Notes under the pieces: model-generated | Database searches by the model: none | What the model was told of the DNA's origin: nothing | The model's input: only the letters and a program-made list of their open reading frames with translations | Position numbers and translations under genes: made by a program | NCBI GenBank assembly: GCA_963667175.2 | Contig: CAXXXF010000017.1 | Span: 39,044-103,043 of the forward strand | DNA: 64,000 bases | Source of the DNA: Candidatus Latescibacterota bacterium | GTDB taxonomy: Bacteria; Latescibacterota; UBA2968; GCA-2709665 | Direction of reading: 5' to 3' | Shown here: one piece after another, positions 39,214 through 48,929 of the stretch | Layout: every line of letters begins with the position of its first letter | Numbering within the stretch: position 1 is the first letter of the stretch

Positions 39214-39675
39214 ATGGCTGAAAGTGAATCCATCTCCCAGGAGCAGATGAACGAGTTTCTGTTCACGCAGGTCGTGCTGATGTTTCAGGGGGCAGCCTGG
39301 CAGCATCTGGGCAAGGTGATGAACCCGGCGAGCAACAAGGTGGAACGGGATCTCGCGCAGGCGAAGAACACCATTGATATCCTGGGCATGCTGCAGGCGA
39401 AGACGAAGGGCAATCTCAGCGACAACGAACAGAAGTTTCTGGAACACGCGCTGTACGAGTTGAGGATGAACTACGTGGACGAAGCGAACAAGGGTCCGGA
39501 CGAGGCGGAGACCTCCGCAGGTGAGGCCGATGGGGACGCGGCCGACGCCGAAGCGACTGCCGGGGAAGGCGGCGAAGATGCCGCCGAAGGCGCTGAGGCC
39601 GAGGCGCCGAAGGAAGCAGCGTCAGTGGAAGCGGCGGAGGAGGACGCGTCGGACGCTAAGGAGGAAACGGATTGA
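39214..39675 (+). CDS. DUF1844-like protein with an acidic Ala/Glu-rich tail
   Basis: FLFTQVVLMFQGAAWQHLGKVMNP...AKNTIDILGMLQAKTKGNLSDNEQKFLEHALYELRMNY. Confidence 0.7.
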   Translation: MAESESISQEQMNEFLFTQVVLMFQGAAWQHLGKVMNPASNKVERDLAQAKNTIDILGMLQAKTKGNLSDNEQKFLEHALYELRMNYVDEANKGPDEAETSAGEADGDAADAEATAGEGGEDAAEGAEAEAPKEAASVEAAEEDASDAKEETD

Positions 39676-40169
39676 CGCGTTCTCTCCTTCCCTGCGCCGT
39701 GCTGGTCATGTTCTGGCTGGGCGGATGCGCGTACTATTCGACCTCCGCAACCGGCGGATCGGGCTTCCGCTCGGTGGCCATTCCGCTGATGGAGAACGAG
39801 AGCCTGGAGCCGGAGATCCAGCAGGCGCTCACGGACAGCCTGATCCAGGCGTTCATCCAGGACGCGGCGCTGCGCGTGACGGACGAGGACCGCGCGGACG
39901 TCGTGCTTCGCGGCACGATTGTCGAGGTGCGGGACGATCCGTTCACCTACCGCGGCCAGGAGGACCAGTTCCAGATTTCGGTCTTCCTGGACGTGAGCTG
40001 CTACGACGTGAAGAACAAGAAGCTGCTGTGGGAGGAGAAGCGCCTGAAGGGATACGGCATCTACAGCGCCGCCGGCCAGCGCGAGGACGCCCGCCACGCG
40101 GGCCTCGGCGCCGCGTTCGACATCCTCACACGGGATATCGTGGATAGGACGCAGGTTGGCGGGTGGTAG
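39672..40169 (+). CDS. lipoprotein, LptE-like
   Basis: Lipobox LGGC after a hydrophobic signal. IPLMENESLEPEIQQALTDSLIQAFIQD...VVLRGTI resembles LptE-family proteins. Confidence 0.5.
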   Translation: MTRSLLPCAVLVMFWLGGCAYYSTSATGGSGFRSVAIPLMENESLEPEIQQALTDSLIQAFIQDAALRVTDEDRADVVLRGTIVEVRDDPFTYRGQEDQFQISVFLDVSCYDVKNKKLLWEEKRLKGYGIYSAAGQREDARHAGLGAAFDILTRDIVDRTQVGGW

Positions 40170-40202
40170 CGAGAGACCATATTCTCACGACCGGAGCTTG
40201 CG

Positions 40203-40424
40203 ATGACAAGACAGTTGACTGCAATTATAGAACGCGAAGGCGATGGATACGTCGCCCTCTGCCCTGAGGTGGACATTGCGAGTCAGGGTGCAACCGTTTC
40301 TGAAGCAAGGGGAAACCTGAAGGAGGCGTTGGAGCTGTTCCTGGAGACGGCATCAGATACTGAGATCAAGCAACGCCTGCACGAGGAAGTGTACGTCACC
40401 CAGGTGGAGGTTGCCATTGGTTAG
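40203..40424 (+). CDS. hicB: HicB-family antitoxin
   Basis: LTAIIEREGDGYVALCPEVDIASQGATVSEARGNLKEALELFLE. Confidence 0.8.
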   Translation: MTRQLTAIIEREGDGYVALCPEVDIASQGATVSEARGNLKEALELFLETASDTEIKQRLHEEVYVTQVEVAIG

Positions 40425-40635
40425 GCTTCGGGTATTGTCGGGACGCGAAACCTGTGAAATACTCGCGGACCACGGGTTTACCGAAGTCCGGCGCAGGAGC
40501 AGCCACGTCGTCATGCAGAAGATCGCATCCGAGAGTACGATCACTGTCCCGGTTCCTGACCACAAGGAACTACGAAAAGGGACACTGATGGCAATCATTC
40601 GGCAATCGGGGCTACCACGAACGCTGTTCGAGTAA
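40411..40635 (+). CDS. hicA: HicA-family mRNA interferase toxin (TTG start at 40411 or 40417, overlapping the hicB stop)
   Basis: LSGRETCEILADHGFTEVRRRSSHVVMQK...ITVPVPDHKELRKGTLMAIIRQSGL. Confidence 0.8.
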   Translation: MPLVRLRVLSGRETCEILADHGFTEVRRRSSHVVMQKIASESTITVPVPDHKELRKGTLMAIIRQSGLPRTLFE

Positions 40636-40654
40636 GACGCTTGAAACAGGGGAC

Positions 40655-40686
40655 CATGGACATAGCCGGACAGACCGGATAAAAGC
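40655..40686 (-). repeat. island repeat, degenerate instance 0, at the core/island junction
   Basis: The plus strand reads ATGGACATAGCCGGACAGACCGGATAAAAGC. The consensus is ATGGATGGACAGGATGAACAGGATAAAAC. Confidence 0.3.
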
Positions 40687-40794
40687 ATGCGAACAAAAAA
40701 GCGGTTCAACGGCGAAAGTCACGCCGATCAGATCGGGAGTCGCTGCTGAGGAAGAGACACGATCAACTCATACGGTTTTTCCTGTACATTCTTT

Positions 40795-40886
40795 AGTGGT
40801 CCTGGTTTGCCCCTTTTGTGTTCTTTGTGCCTTTTGTGGCTTTCGTAGATTTTCGTGTTTTATCCTGTTCATCCTGTCCATCCATG
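40795..40886 (+). repeat. island repeat, instance 1 (long form), ending 26 nt before the hsdR start
   Basis: GGTCCTGG...(CACAAAAGG/CGTAGA-type tract)...TTTATCCTGTTCATCCTGTCCATCCATG. Confidence 0.7.
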
Positions 40887-40912
40887 TTGGTTAATTTCTG
40901 ATAAGACATCAA

Positions 40913-43441
40913 ATGAACGAAGCAGCGGCGAGGATCAAGATCAACAAACTGCTCGAGGCGGCGGGGTGGCGGTTCTTCGATGATGAAGGCAAGCCCGCCA
41001 ACGTTCGCGTCGAAGCGAGCGTCAAGCTGAAGAAAGCCGACCTGGACGCATTGGGCGAAGACTTCGAGAACGCGACGGGACACATAGACTTCCTCCTCCT
41101 TGACGCAAAAGGCTTCCCGCTCATCGTCCTGGAGGCCAAGTCGGAGGACAAGAACCCGCTGGTGGGCAAGGAACAGGCGCGGAAGTACGCCCGCTCTCAG
41201 AACTGCCGCTTCGTTATCCTGTCAAACGGCAATCTGCATTACTTCTGGGACCTCGAGAGAGGCAATCCGTACCTCATCACCTCGTTCCCCACGCCGGACT
41301 CCGTTACCAACTACAACAAAGTCCGGCCCAACCCCCAGCGCCTGGTCGATGAGCCCGTCAGCGAGGATTACATCGTACTCACCCTGCGGCCGAATTATGC
41401 CTCGGAAGCGGCGTGGACAAACGAGGCTGAACGCCCCGCTTTCATCAAATCCAACAAACTGAGTTTCCTGCGCCCCTACCAGCTCCGGGCCGTTCATGCG
41501 CTTCAGCGTGCGGTAAAGGACGGGAAGGACCGGTTCCTGTTCGAGATGGCCACCGGAACGGGCAAGACCCTTGTCTCAGCCGCGGTGATCAAGCTCTTTC
41601 TGCGCTCCGGCAATGCCTCCCGCGCGCTGTTTCTCGTCGACCGGCTGGAACTCGAGGAGCAGGCGCGGAAGGTCTTCACCGCCCTGCTTTCGGCGGACTT
41701 CCAGACGGTGATCTACAAGGAACGGCGCGACGACTGGCGGTCCGCCGAAATCGTCGTCACGACGGTCCAGTCGCTGCTGTTCAATAACAAGTACCAGTCG
41801 CTTTTCTCCCCCACCGACTTCGACCTCGTCATCTCCGACGAAGCGCACCGGTCCATCGGCGGCAACGCCCGGTCCGTGTTCGACTATTTCGTCGGGTACA
41901 AACTGGGCCTGACCGCGACCCCCCGGGACTATCTGAAGGGATTCGACGATTCCCGCCCGACCACGCGGGACCCGCGCGAAGCCGAACGCCGTTTGCTCCT
42001 GGACACCTACCGCACCTTCGGGTGTGAAAGCGGGCAGCCCACGTTCAAGTACTCCCTGCTCGACGGCGTGAAGGACGGCTATCTGATCAACCCGACGGTC
42101 GTGGACGCGCGAACGAAAGTGACCACGGAGTTACTTTCGGAACAGGGATTTGTCGTCTCCTTTACGGACGATGAGGGAGAAGAACAGGAAGAGGCCTACA
42201 AAAAGCGTGAGTTCGAGAAGCGATTCTACTCCGACGCGACCAACCAGCTGTTCTGTAAGACTTTTCTTGAGAACGCGATCCGGGATCCGGTCAGCGGAGA
42301 AATCGGCAAGTCCATTATCTTCGCCGTCAGTCAGAAGCACGCGGCAAGATTGACTCAGATCCTCAACGCAATAGCCCACATGATGTTTCCGGACAGATAC
42401 CAGTCGGACTTTGCCGTGCAGGTCACGTCGCAGATCACGGATGCCCAACAGTTTACCGTGAATTTCAGCAACAACAACCTGCTCGGTTCCGGCAACTTCC
42501 TCCCTGAGTATCTGACGAGCAAATCGAGGGTCTGCGTCACGGTCGGCATGATGACCACGGGGTACGATTGCACGGATATTCTGAACCTGGGTCTGTTCCG
42601 CCCGATCTTCTCGCCCACCGACTTCATCCAGATCAAGGGGAGAGGCACAAGGAAGCATAACTTCCTCGAACAGTCGCTTAATCCGGCGATCGCGGAACGC
42701 GTAGACGAGCCCGATAAGACCGCGTTCAAACTGTTCGACTTCTTTGCCAATTGCGAATACTTCGAAGCGGAGTTTAACTACGACGAAGTGTTGGGATTGC
42801 CTGTCTTCAAAGACGCCCATGAACGAGAGGACTCGGAATCACAGAGTGCGGACGTGGGTACGTATGAGTACCTGGGGAGAGACATCCTGTCGACCATCAA
42901 GGTCGAGGCCGTCGGTGAGGAAGGGATGAAGATCGACCGGATGTTCTTCGAGAAATTCGAGGATGCCGTCCGGAAGGACGACGTCATTGCGCAGGCCGTT
43001 GAGGCGGGGCAGTGGGACCGGGTCATCGACTACGTCAACCGGGAAGTCTTCGACCGGCCCGAGGAGTTTTACACGCTCGAAAAGCTGCGCAAAGCAGCGG
43101 CCGTGGACCGGCGGATCACCCTTCGGGAGATTCTGGAGAAGGTGTTCGGGCTGATCCCCCGATTCAAATCCAAGGACGAAATGCTGGAAGAGGAATTCGG
43201 GAAGTTCGTGGCCGACTACACCCCCGAACAGGTCGATGCCATCCCCGCGATCAAGAATTACTTCAAGGCGTACGTCACCAGCGACCAGATCCGCCACATC
43301 ATCGAAAACCGGGACTACACCGGCCTGGCCACCAACCCCGTACTCTCAATGAAGGACCTTGGCGCCGTACCGGAGAAATACCGCAAACTCGTCCCCGAAT
43401 ACGTTAAGGACTACGTCCCGCTAAATCAATTCGCCGCGTAG
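40913..43441 (+). CDS. hsdR: type I restriction enzyme R subunit (N-terminal nuclease, DEAH helicase, EcoEI-R-like C-terminal domain)
   Basis: MNEAAARIKINKLLEAAGWRF...DFLLLD...LEAK (PD-ExK-like). Walker A MATGTGKT. DEAH box LVISDEAHRS. Confidence 0.85.
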   Translation: MNEAAARIKINKLLEAAGWRFFDDEGKPANVRVEASVKLKKADLDALGEDFENATGHIDFLLLDAKGFPLIVLEAKSEDKNPLVGKEQARKYARSQNCRFVILSNGNLHYFWDLERGNPYLITSFPTPDSVTNYNKVRPNPQRLVDEPVSEDYIVLTLRPNYASEAAWTNEAERPAFIKSNKLSFLRPYQLRAVHALQRAVKDGKDRFLFEMATGTGKTLVSAAVIKLFLRSGNASRALFLVDRLELEEQARKVFTALLSADFQTVIYKERRDDWRSAEIVVTTVQSLLFNNKYQSLFSPTDFDLVISDEAHRSIGGNARSVFDYFVGYKLGLTATPRDYLKGFDDSRPTTRDPREAERRLLLDTYRTFGCESGQPTFKYSLLDGVKDGYLINPTVVDARTKVTTELLSEQGFVVSFTDDEGEEQEEAYKKREFEKRFYSDATNQLFCKTFLENAIRDPVSGEIGKSIIFAVSQKHAARLTQILNAIAHMMFPDRYQSDFAVQVTSQITDAQQFTVNFSNNNLLGSGNFLPEYLTSKSRVCVTVGMMTTGYDCTDILNLGLFRPIFSPTDFIQIKGRGTRKHNFLEQSLNPAIAERVDEPDKTAFKLFDFFANCEYFEAEFNYDEVLGLPVFKDAHEREDSESQSADVGTYEYLGRDILSTIKVEAVGEEGMKIDRMFFEKFEDAVRKDDVIAQAVEAGQWDRVIDYVNREVFDRPEEFYTLEKLRKAAAVDRRITLREILEKVFGLIPRFKSKDEMLEEEFGKFVADYTPEQVDAIPAIKNYFKAYVTSDQIRHIIENRDYTGLATNPVLSMKDLGAVPEKYRKLVPEYVKDYVPLNQFAA

Positions 43442-43469
43442 AATCTTTAATACAAAGAGCCGGAACTTA

Positions 43470-44227
<758 letters not shown>

Positions 44228-44330
44228 CATGGATGAACAGGATGGACAGGATAAAACCAAAAGGCACGAAAAAACGAACTTCAGAAACTACGAAACACGC
44301 GAAAAAGCGCGAAAAATGCACGAGAAAAAA
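44228..44330 (-). repeat. island repeat, instance 2 (long form), split by intron copy 1 (remainder TAAGTTCCG at 43461-43469)
   Basis: The plus strand reads CATGGATGAACAGGATGGACAGGATAAAACCAAAAGGCACGAAAAAACG.... Confidence 0.7.
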
Positions 44331-44571
44331 CCGAAAAGCACGACAAAGGCGCGAGAAAACGAGGAACGGCTGGGAATCGATTCACCATAGAACGCGGGTC
44401 ATCACTCCGCCCACCCCGAAACCCCAGCGTTTGCCGGCCAGCCCGACTCCGGATTCTTAATGGATTTCGTTACATTTTCCGCTGATGTTATTGAAAATCA
44501 ACCGATTATATAACAAATCCACCTGTTTTCATGGATAATTCGAGATAAACCTCAACTTTTTTCTCAAATAC

Positions 44572-44601
44572 AAAAAAAATCCCACGAGCCGAAACCCGTG
44601 G
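44572..44601 (-). terminator. minus-strand intrinsic terminator-like hairpin (CCCACG-9 nt-CGTGGG plus T8)
   Basis: Seen in the AT-rich spacer upstream of hsdM. The transcript it would terminate is unknown. Confidence 0.4.
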
Positions 44602-44821
44602 GGCCTGCAATAAGACATTATAGTCGATTTGCAAGAGCCAATAAAACATCCAGACAAACACAATATACATTGAAAATCACATGAAAACAAGACTCTTTCT
44701 CAACGAAGTTCTGCATTCTCGAACCGTCAATTACAAGGCAGTGTTCAGCAACAAGCTCCGGATGATGAATACAACTGCAGCGGCTGGAATCGTTGATGCG
44801 TTGGCTGAACCCGATGTTTTT

Positions 44822-44866
44822 GGTCCAGTGCTTTTATCCTGTTCATCTTGTCCATCCATGTAAGTT
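44822..44866 (+). repeat. island repeat, instance 3 (short form), unoccupied intron site 18 nt before the hsdM start
   Basis: GGTCCAGTGCTTTTATCCTGTTCATCTTGTCCATCCATG|TAAGTT. Confidence 0.7.
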
Positions 44867-44878
44867 TGAGGTTTTTCG

Positions 44879-47464
44879 ATGTTAGACGCTGAAACGAAAC
44901 GCCGTATAGATACTGCCCGCGATATCCTGGTCGGGAAGGTGCCGGATCCCAAGAGTCAGGTGGAGCAGATCACCATCGCGTTGATCTACAAGTTCATGGA
45001 CGACATGGACGCCGTGAGCGAGGAACTCGGCGGCACGCGGAGGTTCTTCGCCGGCGAGTTCGCCCGGTTCGGATGGCCGAAGCTGATGCGCTCCGGTCTG
45101 GGCGGACATGAGATGCTCAACGTCTACGCCGAAGCCATCGACCGCATGCCCGAGAACCCCGGTATTCCGCCGCTTTTCAGGGACATCTTCAACAACGCGT
45201 ATCTCCCCTATCGCGACCCGGAAACGCTCCGCGCCTTTTTGAAGGTCATCGACGAGTTTACGTACGACCACAGCGAGCGCCTCGGCGACGCCTTCGAGTA
45301 CCTGCTCTCGGTCCTGGGTTCGCAGGGCGACGCGGGCCAGTTCCGCACCCCGCGCCACATCATCGACTTCATCGTCGCAGTGATCGACCCGAAGAAAAAC
45401 GAATCCATCCTGGACCCGGCCTGCGGCACCGCCGGGTTTCTGATTTCGTCGTACAAGCACATTGTCGAGGCCAACACCGACGACGACGGAAACAGCACGC
45501 TCACGCCCGACGAACGGGAAAAACTCACGGCAAACTTCAAGGGCTACGACATTTCACCCGACATGGTCCGCCTGTCGCTGGTGAACATGTACCTCCACGG
45601 CTTCCAGGACCCGCACATCTTCGAATACGACACCCTCACCAGCGAGGACCGATGGAACGAATACGCCGACGTGATTCTGGCCAATCCGCCGTTCATGTCG
45701 CCGAAGGGCGGAATCCGCCCGCACAACCGCTTTTCCGTGAAATCCAAACGTAGCGAAGTGCTGTTCGTGGACTACATGGCCGAACACCTCACACCATCCG
45801 GCCGGGCCGGGATCATCGTTCCTGAGGGCATCATCTTCCAGAGCCAGAACGCCCACAAACAGCTTCGCAAGATGCTTGTCGAGGAGTATCTGATCGCCGT
45901 CGCCTCCCTCCCCGCGGGCGTCTTCAATCCCTACTCCGGCGTCAAGACATCCATCCTCATCCTCGACAAAGCCCTGGCGAAAAGAACCGACAGCATCGCC
46001 TTCTTCAAGGTAGAAAACGACGGCTTCGACCTTGGCGCCCAGCGCAGAACGATCGACCAGAACGACCTCCTGCGGACCCAGCAGGCTGTGAAGGAATACA
46101 TGGGCAATGTTGGAAACATGGATGGACCTGTCTGCCGTGCCGGGCACGGCACAGGCAGGCAGGATGGGCAGGATAAAGGCGAACCACCCCCCGCCGCCGA
46201 TCAGTCAATCCTGGAGCAACTCATTCAGCAAGGGACCGCCCTCATCGCAAAAAAAGACAAGATCGCGGAGAACGGGGAATACAACCTGAGTGGGGAGAGG
46301 TATAGGGAATACAGAACCAACGATACAAAATACGCCTGGGTAAACCTTGGCGAAATTATCTTGGGCAAACCGACGTACGGTTCCGGGGCACGCAAAGTTA
46401 CATACGATAACAAAGTACGATATGTGCGGATAACTGACATCACAGACGACGGAGAACTCCGTTCAAACGATTCAGTTTCGCCTTCACTAATCGAGCCAGA
46501 CCTCTTCTTGAAACCTGGTGACCTGCTTATCGCACGCTCGGGCTCCGTTGGACGTACCTACATGCACGGAAATCAGCAAGGAAATTATCAATACGCTGGT
46601 TACTTGATTCGTTTCCGTATCGATCCGACTAAAGCCGTTCCTGAATTTGTTTATCACGTAACCAAGTCAGAGACGTGGCGCGAATGGATAGACAGTAACT
46701 CGAAGACGGGCACGCTTACCAATATTAACGCGAGACAGTATTCGAGCTTCAGTTTTCCCCTACCGCCTCTGGATGTGCAGCGGGAAATTGTGGAGGAGAT
46801 TGAGGGGTATCAGCGGGTGATCAATGGCGCGCGCGCAGTCATCGAAAACTACCGGCCGCATATCCCCATCGACCCCGACTGGCCGATGGTGCATGTAGGT
46901 TCGCTTGCAAATATCGTCAGGGGCAGTTCTCCCCGCCCGAAGAGTGATCCGAGATATTACGGTGGTCCTATTCCACGACTCATGGTCGCGGACATAACAC
47001 GAGACGGGATGTATGCAACACCTCGACTTGACTCATTGACCATTGAAGGAGCAGTTAAAAGCCGTCCTATGAAAAAGGGGGATGTAGTTGTCACCGTGAG
47101 CGGCAATCCTGGACTGCCAACTATTCTGGCTACGGACGCATGCATTCATGACGGATTCGTTGGACTACGCAATCTGAAGTGTGATGTGGTGCTACCTACG
47201 TTTCTCTATTATTGCCTCCTCGCACAGCATGATCTGCATGGTACCCAATCGGTAGGTGCCGTGTTCAAGAATCTCACAACACATCAAATACGGGACTTTA
47301 GAATTCCTCTGCCTAACTGTGAAACCCAGCAAGCCATCGTCGCCGAGATTGATGCCGAACAGGCCGCAGTCGCCGCAAATCGCGAACTGTTAACACGATT
47401 CGAAAAGAAGATTCAGGCGGCTATTGGGAGGGTGTGGGGCGAGACTAAGAAAAACGCGCAATAG
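44879..47464 (+). CDS. hsdM: type I R-M methyltransferase fused to a two-TRD specificity subunit (HsdM-HsdS fusion, 861 aa)
   Basis: Motif I LDPACGTAGFL and motif IV ILANPPFMSP. M-subunit tail IAENGEYNLSGERY. Two HsdS-like TRD/conserved-helix units follow (PLPPLDVQREIVEEIEG..., PLPNCETQQAIVAEIDA...). Confidence 0.88.
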   Translation: MLDAETKRRIDTARDILVGKVPDPKSQVEQITIALIYKFMDDMDAVSEELGGTRRFFAGEFARFGWPKLMRSGLGGHEMLNVYAEAIDRMPENPGIPPLFRDIFNNAYLPYRDPETLRAFLKVIDEFTYDHSERLGDAFEYLLSVLGSQGDAGQFRTPRHIIDFIVAVIDPKKNESILDPACGTAGFLISSYKHIVEANTDDDGNSTLTPDEREKLTANFKGYDISPDMVRLSLVNMYLHGFQDPHIFEYDTLTSEDRWNEYADVILANPPFMSPKGGIRPHNRFSVKSKRSEVLFVDYMAEHLTPSGRAGIIVPEGIIFQSQNAHKQLRKMLVEEYLIAVASLPAGVFNPYSGVKTSILILDKALAKRTDSIAFFKVENDGFDLGAQRRTIDQNDLLRTQQAVKEYMGNVGNMDGPVCRAGHGTGRQDGQDKGEPPPAADQSILEQLIQQGTALIAKKDKIAENGEYNLSGERYREYRTNDTKYAWVNLGEIILGKPTYGSGARKVTYDNKVRYVRITDITDDGELRSNDSVSPSLIEPDLFLKPGDLLIARSGSVGRTYMHGNQQGNYQYAGYLIRFRIDPTKAVPEFVYHVTKSETWREWIDSNSKTGTLTNINARQYSSFSFPLPPLDVQREIVEEIEGYQRVINGARAVIENYRPHIPIDPDWPMVHVGSLANIVRGSSPRPKSDPRYYGGPIPRLMVADITRDGMYATPRLDSLTIEGAVKSRPMKKGDVVVTVSGNPGLPTILATDACIHDGFVGLRNLKCDVVLPTFLYYCLLAQHDLHGTQSVGAVFKNLTTHQIRDFRIPLPNCETQQAIVAEIDAEQAAVAANRELLTRFEKKIQAAIGRVWGETKKNAQ
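46117..46190 (-). repeat. island repeat, instance 4, in frame inside hsdM and carrying a nested imperfect 33-nt hairpin
   Basis: ATGGATGGAC-[CTGTCTGCCGTGCCGGGCACGGCACAGGCAGGC]-AGGATGGGCAGGATAAAGGCGAACCACC, translated as MDGPVCRAGHGTGRQDGQDKGEPP. Confidence 0.6.
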
Positions 47465-47470
47465 GATGAG

Positions 47471-48193
47471 ATGATGGAAGACGCACTCGAGATGAACGAG
47501 TTTCTCCCAATTTCGTTCAAAACGATCGAAGAAGGCGAATACGTTGCTTTTCTTTGGAGTAGCTTTGAGTCGAATTTCACTCAGCGCAAATTCCAGTTCG
47601 CGTACCTGGCCTTTCACATGCTTGCGATGAGCATTGTATATTTCAAGATCTGGCAGATAAAGCACGCAAGGCCAGAGGAATTTAGAAGAGCCTTAATTGG
47701 CTTTAGTAATCACGAAGAAAAGGACATCCTGAAGACCACCTCACCCTTTACGTTTAGCATGGTATCGGAGCGCAGAGTTTTTCGTTTTCTCAAACTCGTT
47801 GGATGTGATAACGGCCAGATTGGAAATTACGCGAGACTTGTCGACGACCGCAATGAGATGGCACATCCGAATGGCCATATTTACGTAAAGTCACAGGACC
47901 AACTTGACGCGAAGATTAGGAATATCCTGAGGGTGATGAGTGACATTCATGCGCAATCCAAACCGATCGTCGAGTCCTGCTATGAAGAGTTTCTCTTGAG
48001 CAACTTCGACCCCGAGACCCGAGAGTACTTTGATGAGAAAGATCAGATCAGGGAAGTTCTAATCCACCATAATTACCTTTCTCCGAAGGACATTGAACTC
48101 TGCACCAGATTCAATGTCGGAGATCTGGCCAATCGGCGCGGATTTGAACATATGAAACGTCTTCACGATTGCTTACTTGCGGACTATGAATAA
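47471..48193 (+). CDS. hypothetical protein with a HEPN-type Rx4H motif (DUF4145-like?), embedded in the R-M operon
   Basis: LVDDRNEMAHPNG (R-N-x-x-A-H). It starts 7 nt after the hsdM-S stop. A hydrophobic helix FQFAYLAFHMLAMSIVYF lies near the N-terminus. Confidence 0.5.
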   Translation: MMEDALEMNEFLPISFKTIEEGEYVAFLWSSFESNFTQRKFQFAYLAFHMLAMSIVYFKIWQIKHARPEEFRRALIGFSNHEEKDILKTTSPFTFSMVSERRVFRFLKLVGCDNGQIGNYARLVDDRNEMAHPNGHIYVKSQDQLDAKIRNILRVMSDIHAQSKPIVESCYEEFLLSNFDPETREYFDEKDQIREVLIHHNYLSPKDIELCTRFNVGDLANRRGFEHMKRLHDCLLADYE

Positions 48194-48347
48194 AACGGAC
48201 TGTTCACACCTCACTGATTATCGTGCACGCCCCTGAATCAACACATACCAACAAGCCGCGGAACGTGTCAAGAGCAATGGGACGCCGAGAACGCCGACAG
48301 AGCGTTTAATTCCAGATGCGGATCCTAACTACGCAGTCATATGAGAA

Positions 48348-48896
48348 TTGAGGGAAACAGTGTTACGCGAGATAAGGTTACGAAATTTCCGCGGGTTTGA
48401 TGATCATCAGTTGCCGCTAAAGGATCTCACGGTAATCGTTGGAAAGAACAATGCAGGAAAGACAACATTGGTGGAAGCGCTCAGGCTTCTGTCCATAGTA
48501 GTATCCAGATACCGAAATTTGACATATCGAAGACCCCCCGTTTGGACAGACTTACCGCATCGTGACTATGGTGTTGCTCCTTCTTTAAGGAATCTGGAGA
48601 TAAATTTCCAAGGGATATTTCACAGGTATAATCCTCCACCAGCGATTTTGGAGGGGTTCTTCAAAAACGGCACGTCAGTTTCCATCTACGTGAATGACAC
48701 ACAAGAGATACATGCTACAGTAAGGGACTCAGAAGGCAACGTCGTCCGTAGTCGGGATCAAGCAAGCAAAACTGACCTTCTAGGTGTAAGTATTATGCCT
48801 CAGGTCACGCCGCTTCAACTTACTGAAAAAGTGCTTACGCCCGAATACGTTCGAAGAGCAATGTCATCTGCATTGTCCTCATTGCATTTCGGAACG
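48348..48896 (+). pseudogene. OLD/AAA15-type ABC ATPase-nuclease, N-terminal fragment (Walker A), truncated by the IS3 insertion
   Basis: LREIRLRNFRGFDDHQLPLKDLTVIVGKNNAGKTTLVEAL. The reading frame runs into the IS end at 48897. Confidence 0.7.
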
Positions 48897-48929
48897 TGTC
48901 AATAGAAATGAGACACCTCCCGTTGGGGT

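Noticed and set aside
40795-40912. The island repeat acting as a sigma70 promoter for the downstream defence genes.
   Set aside because: I could not find a consistently placed -35/-10 pair across copies. Only one copy gives a weak TTCATC-N18-TAATTT. A promoter role is therefore not supported by the sequence alone.
44731-44859. Short ORFs starting at the ATG of the island repeat (MDGQDEQDK...). One example is the 42-aa peptide with a hydrophobic tail at 44859-44731(-), which has a terminator-like hairpin about 130 nt downstream.
   Set aside because: Conservation is at the DNA level only. The reading frames diverge or stop immediately after the 9-codon core in different copies, and no Shine-Dalgarno precedes the ATG. 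The 42-aa case cannot be excluded but is unsupported.
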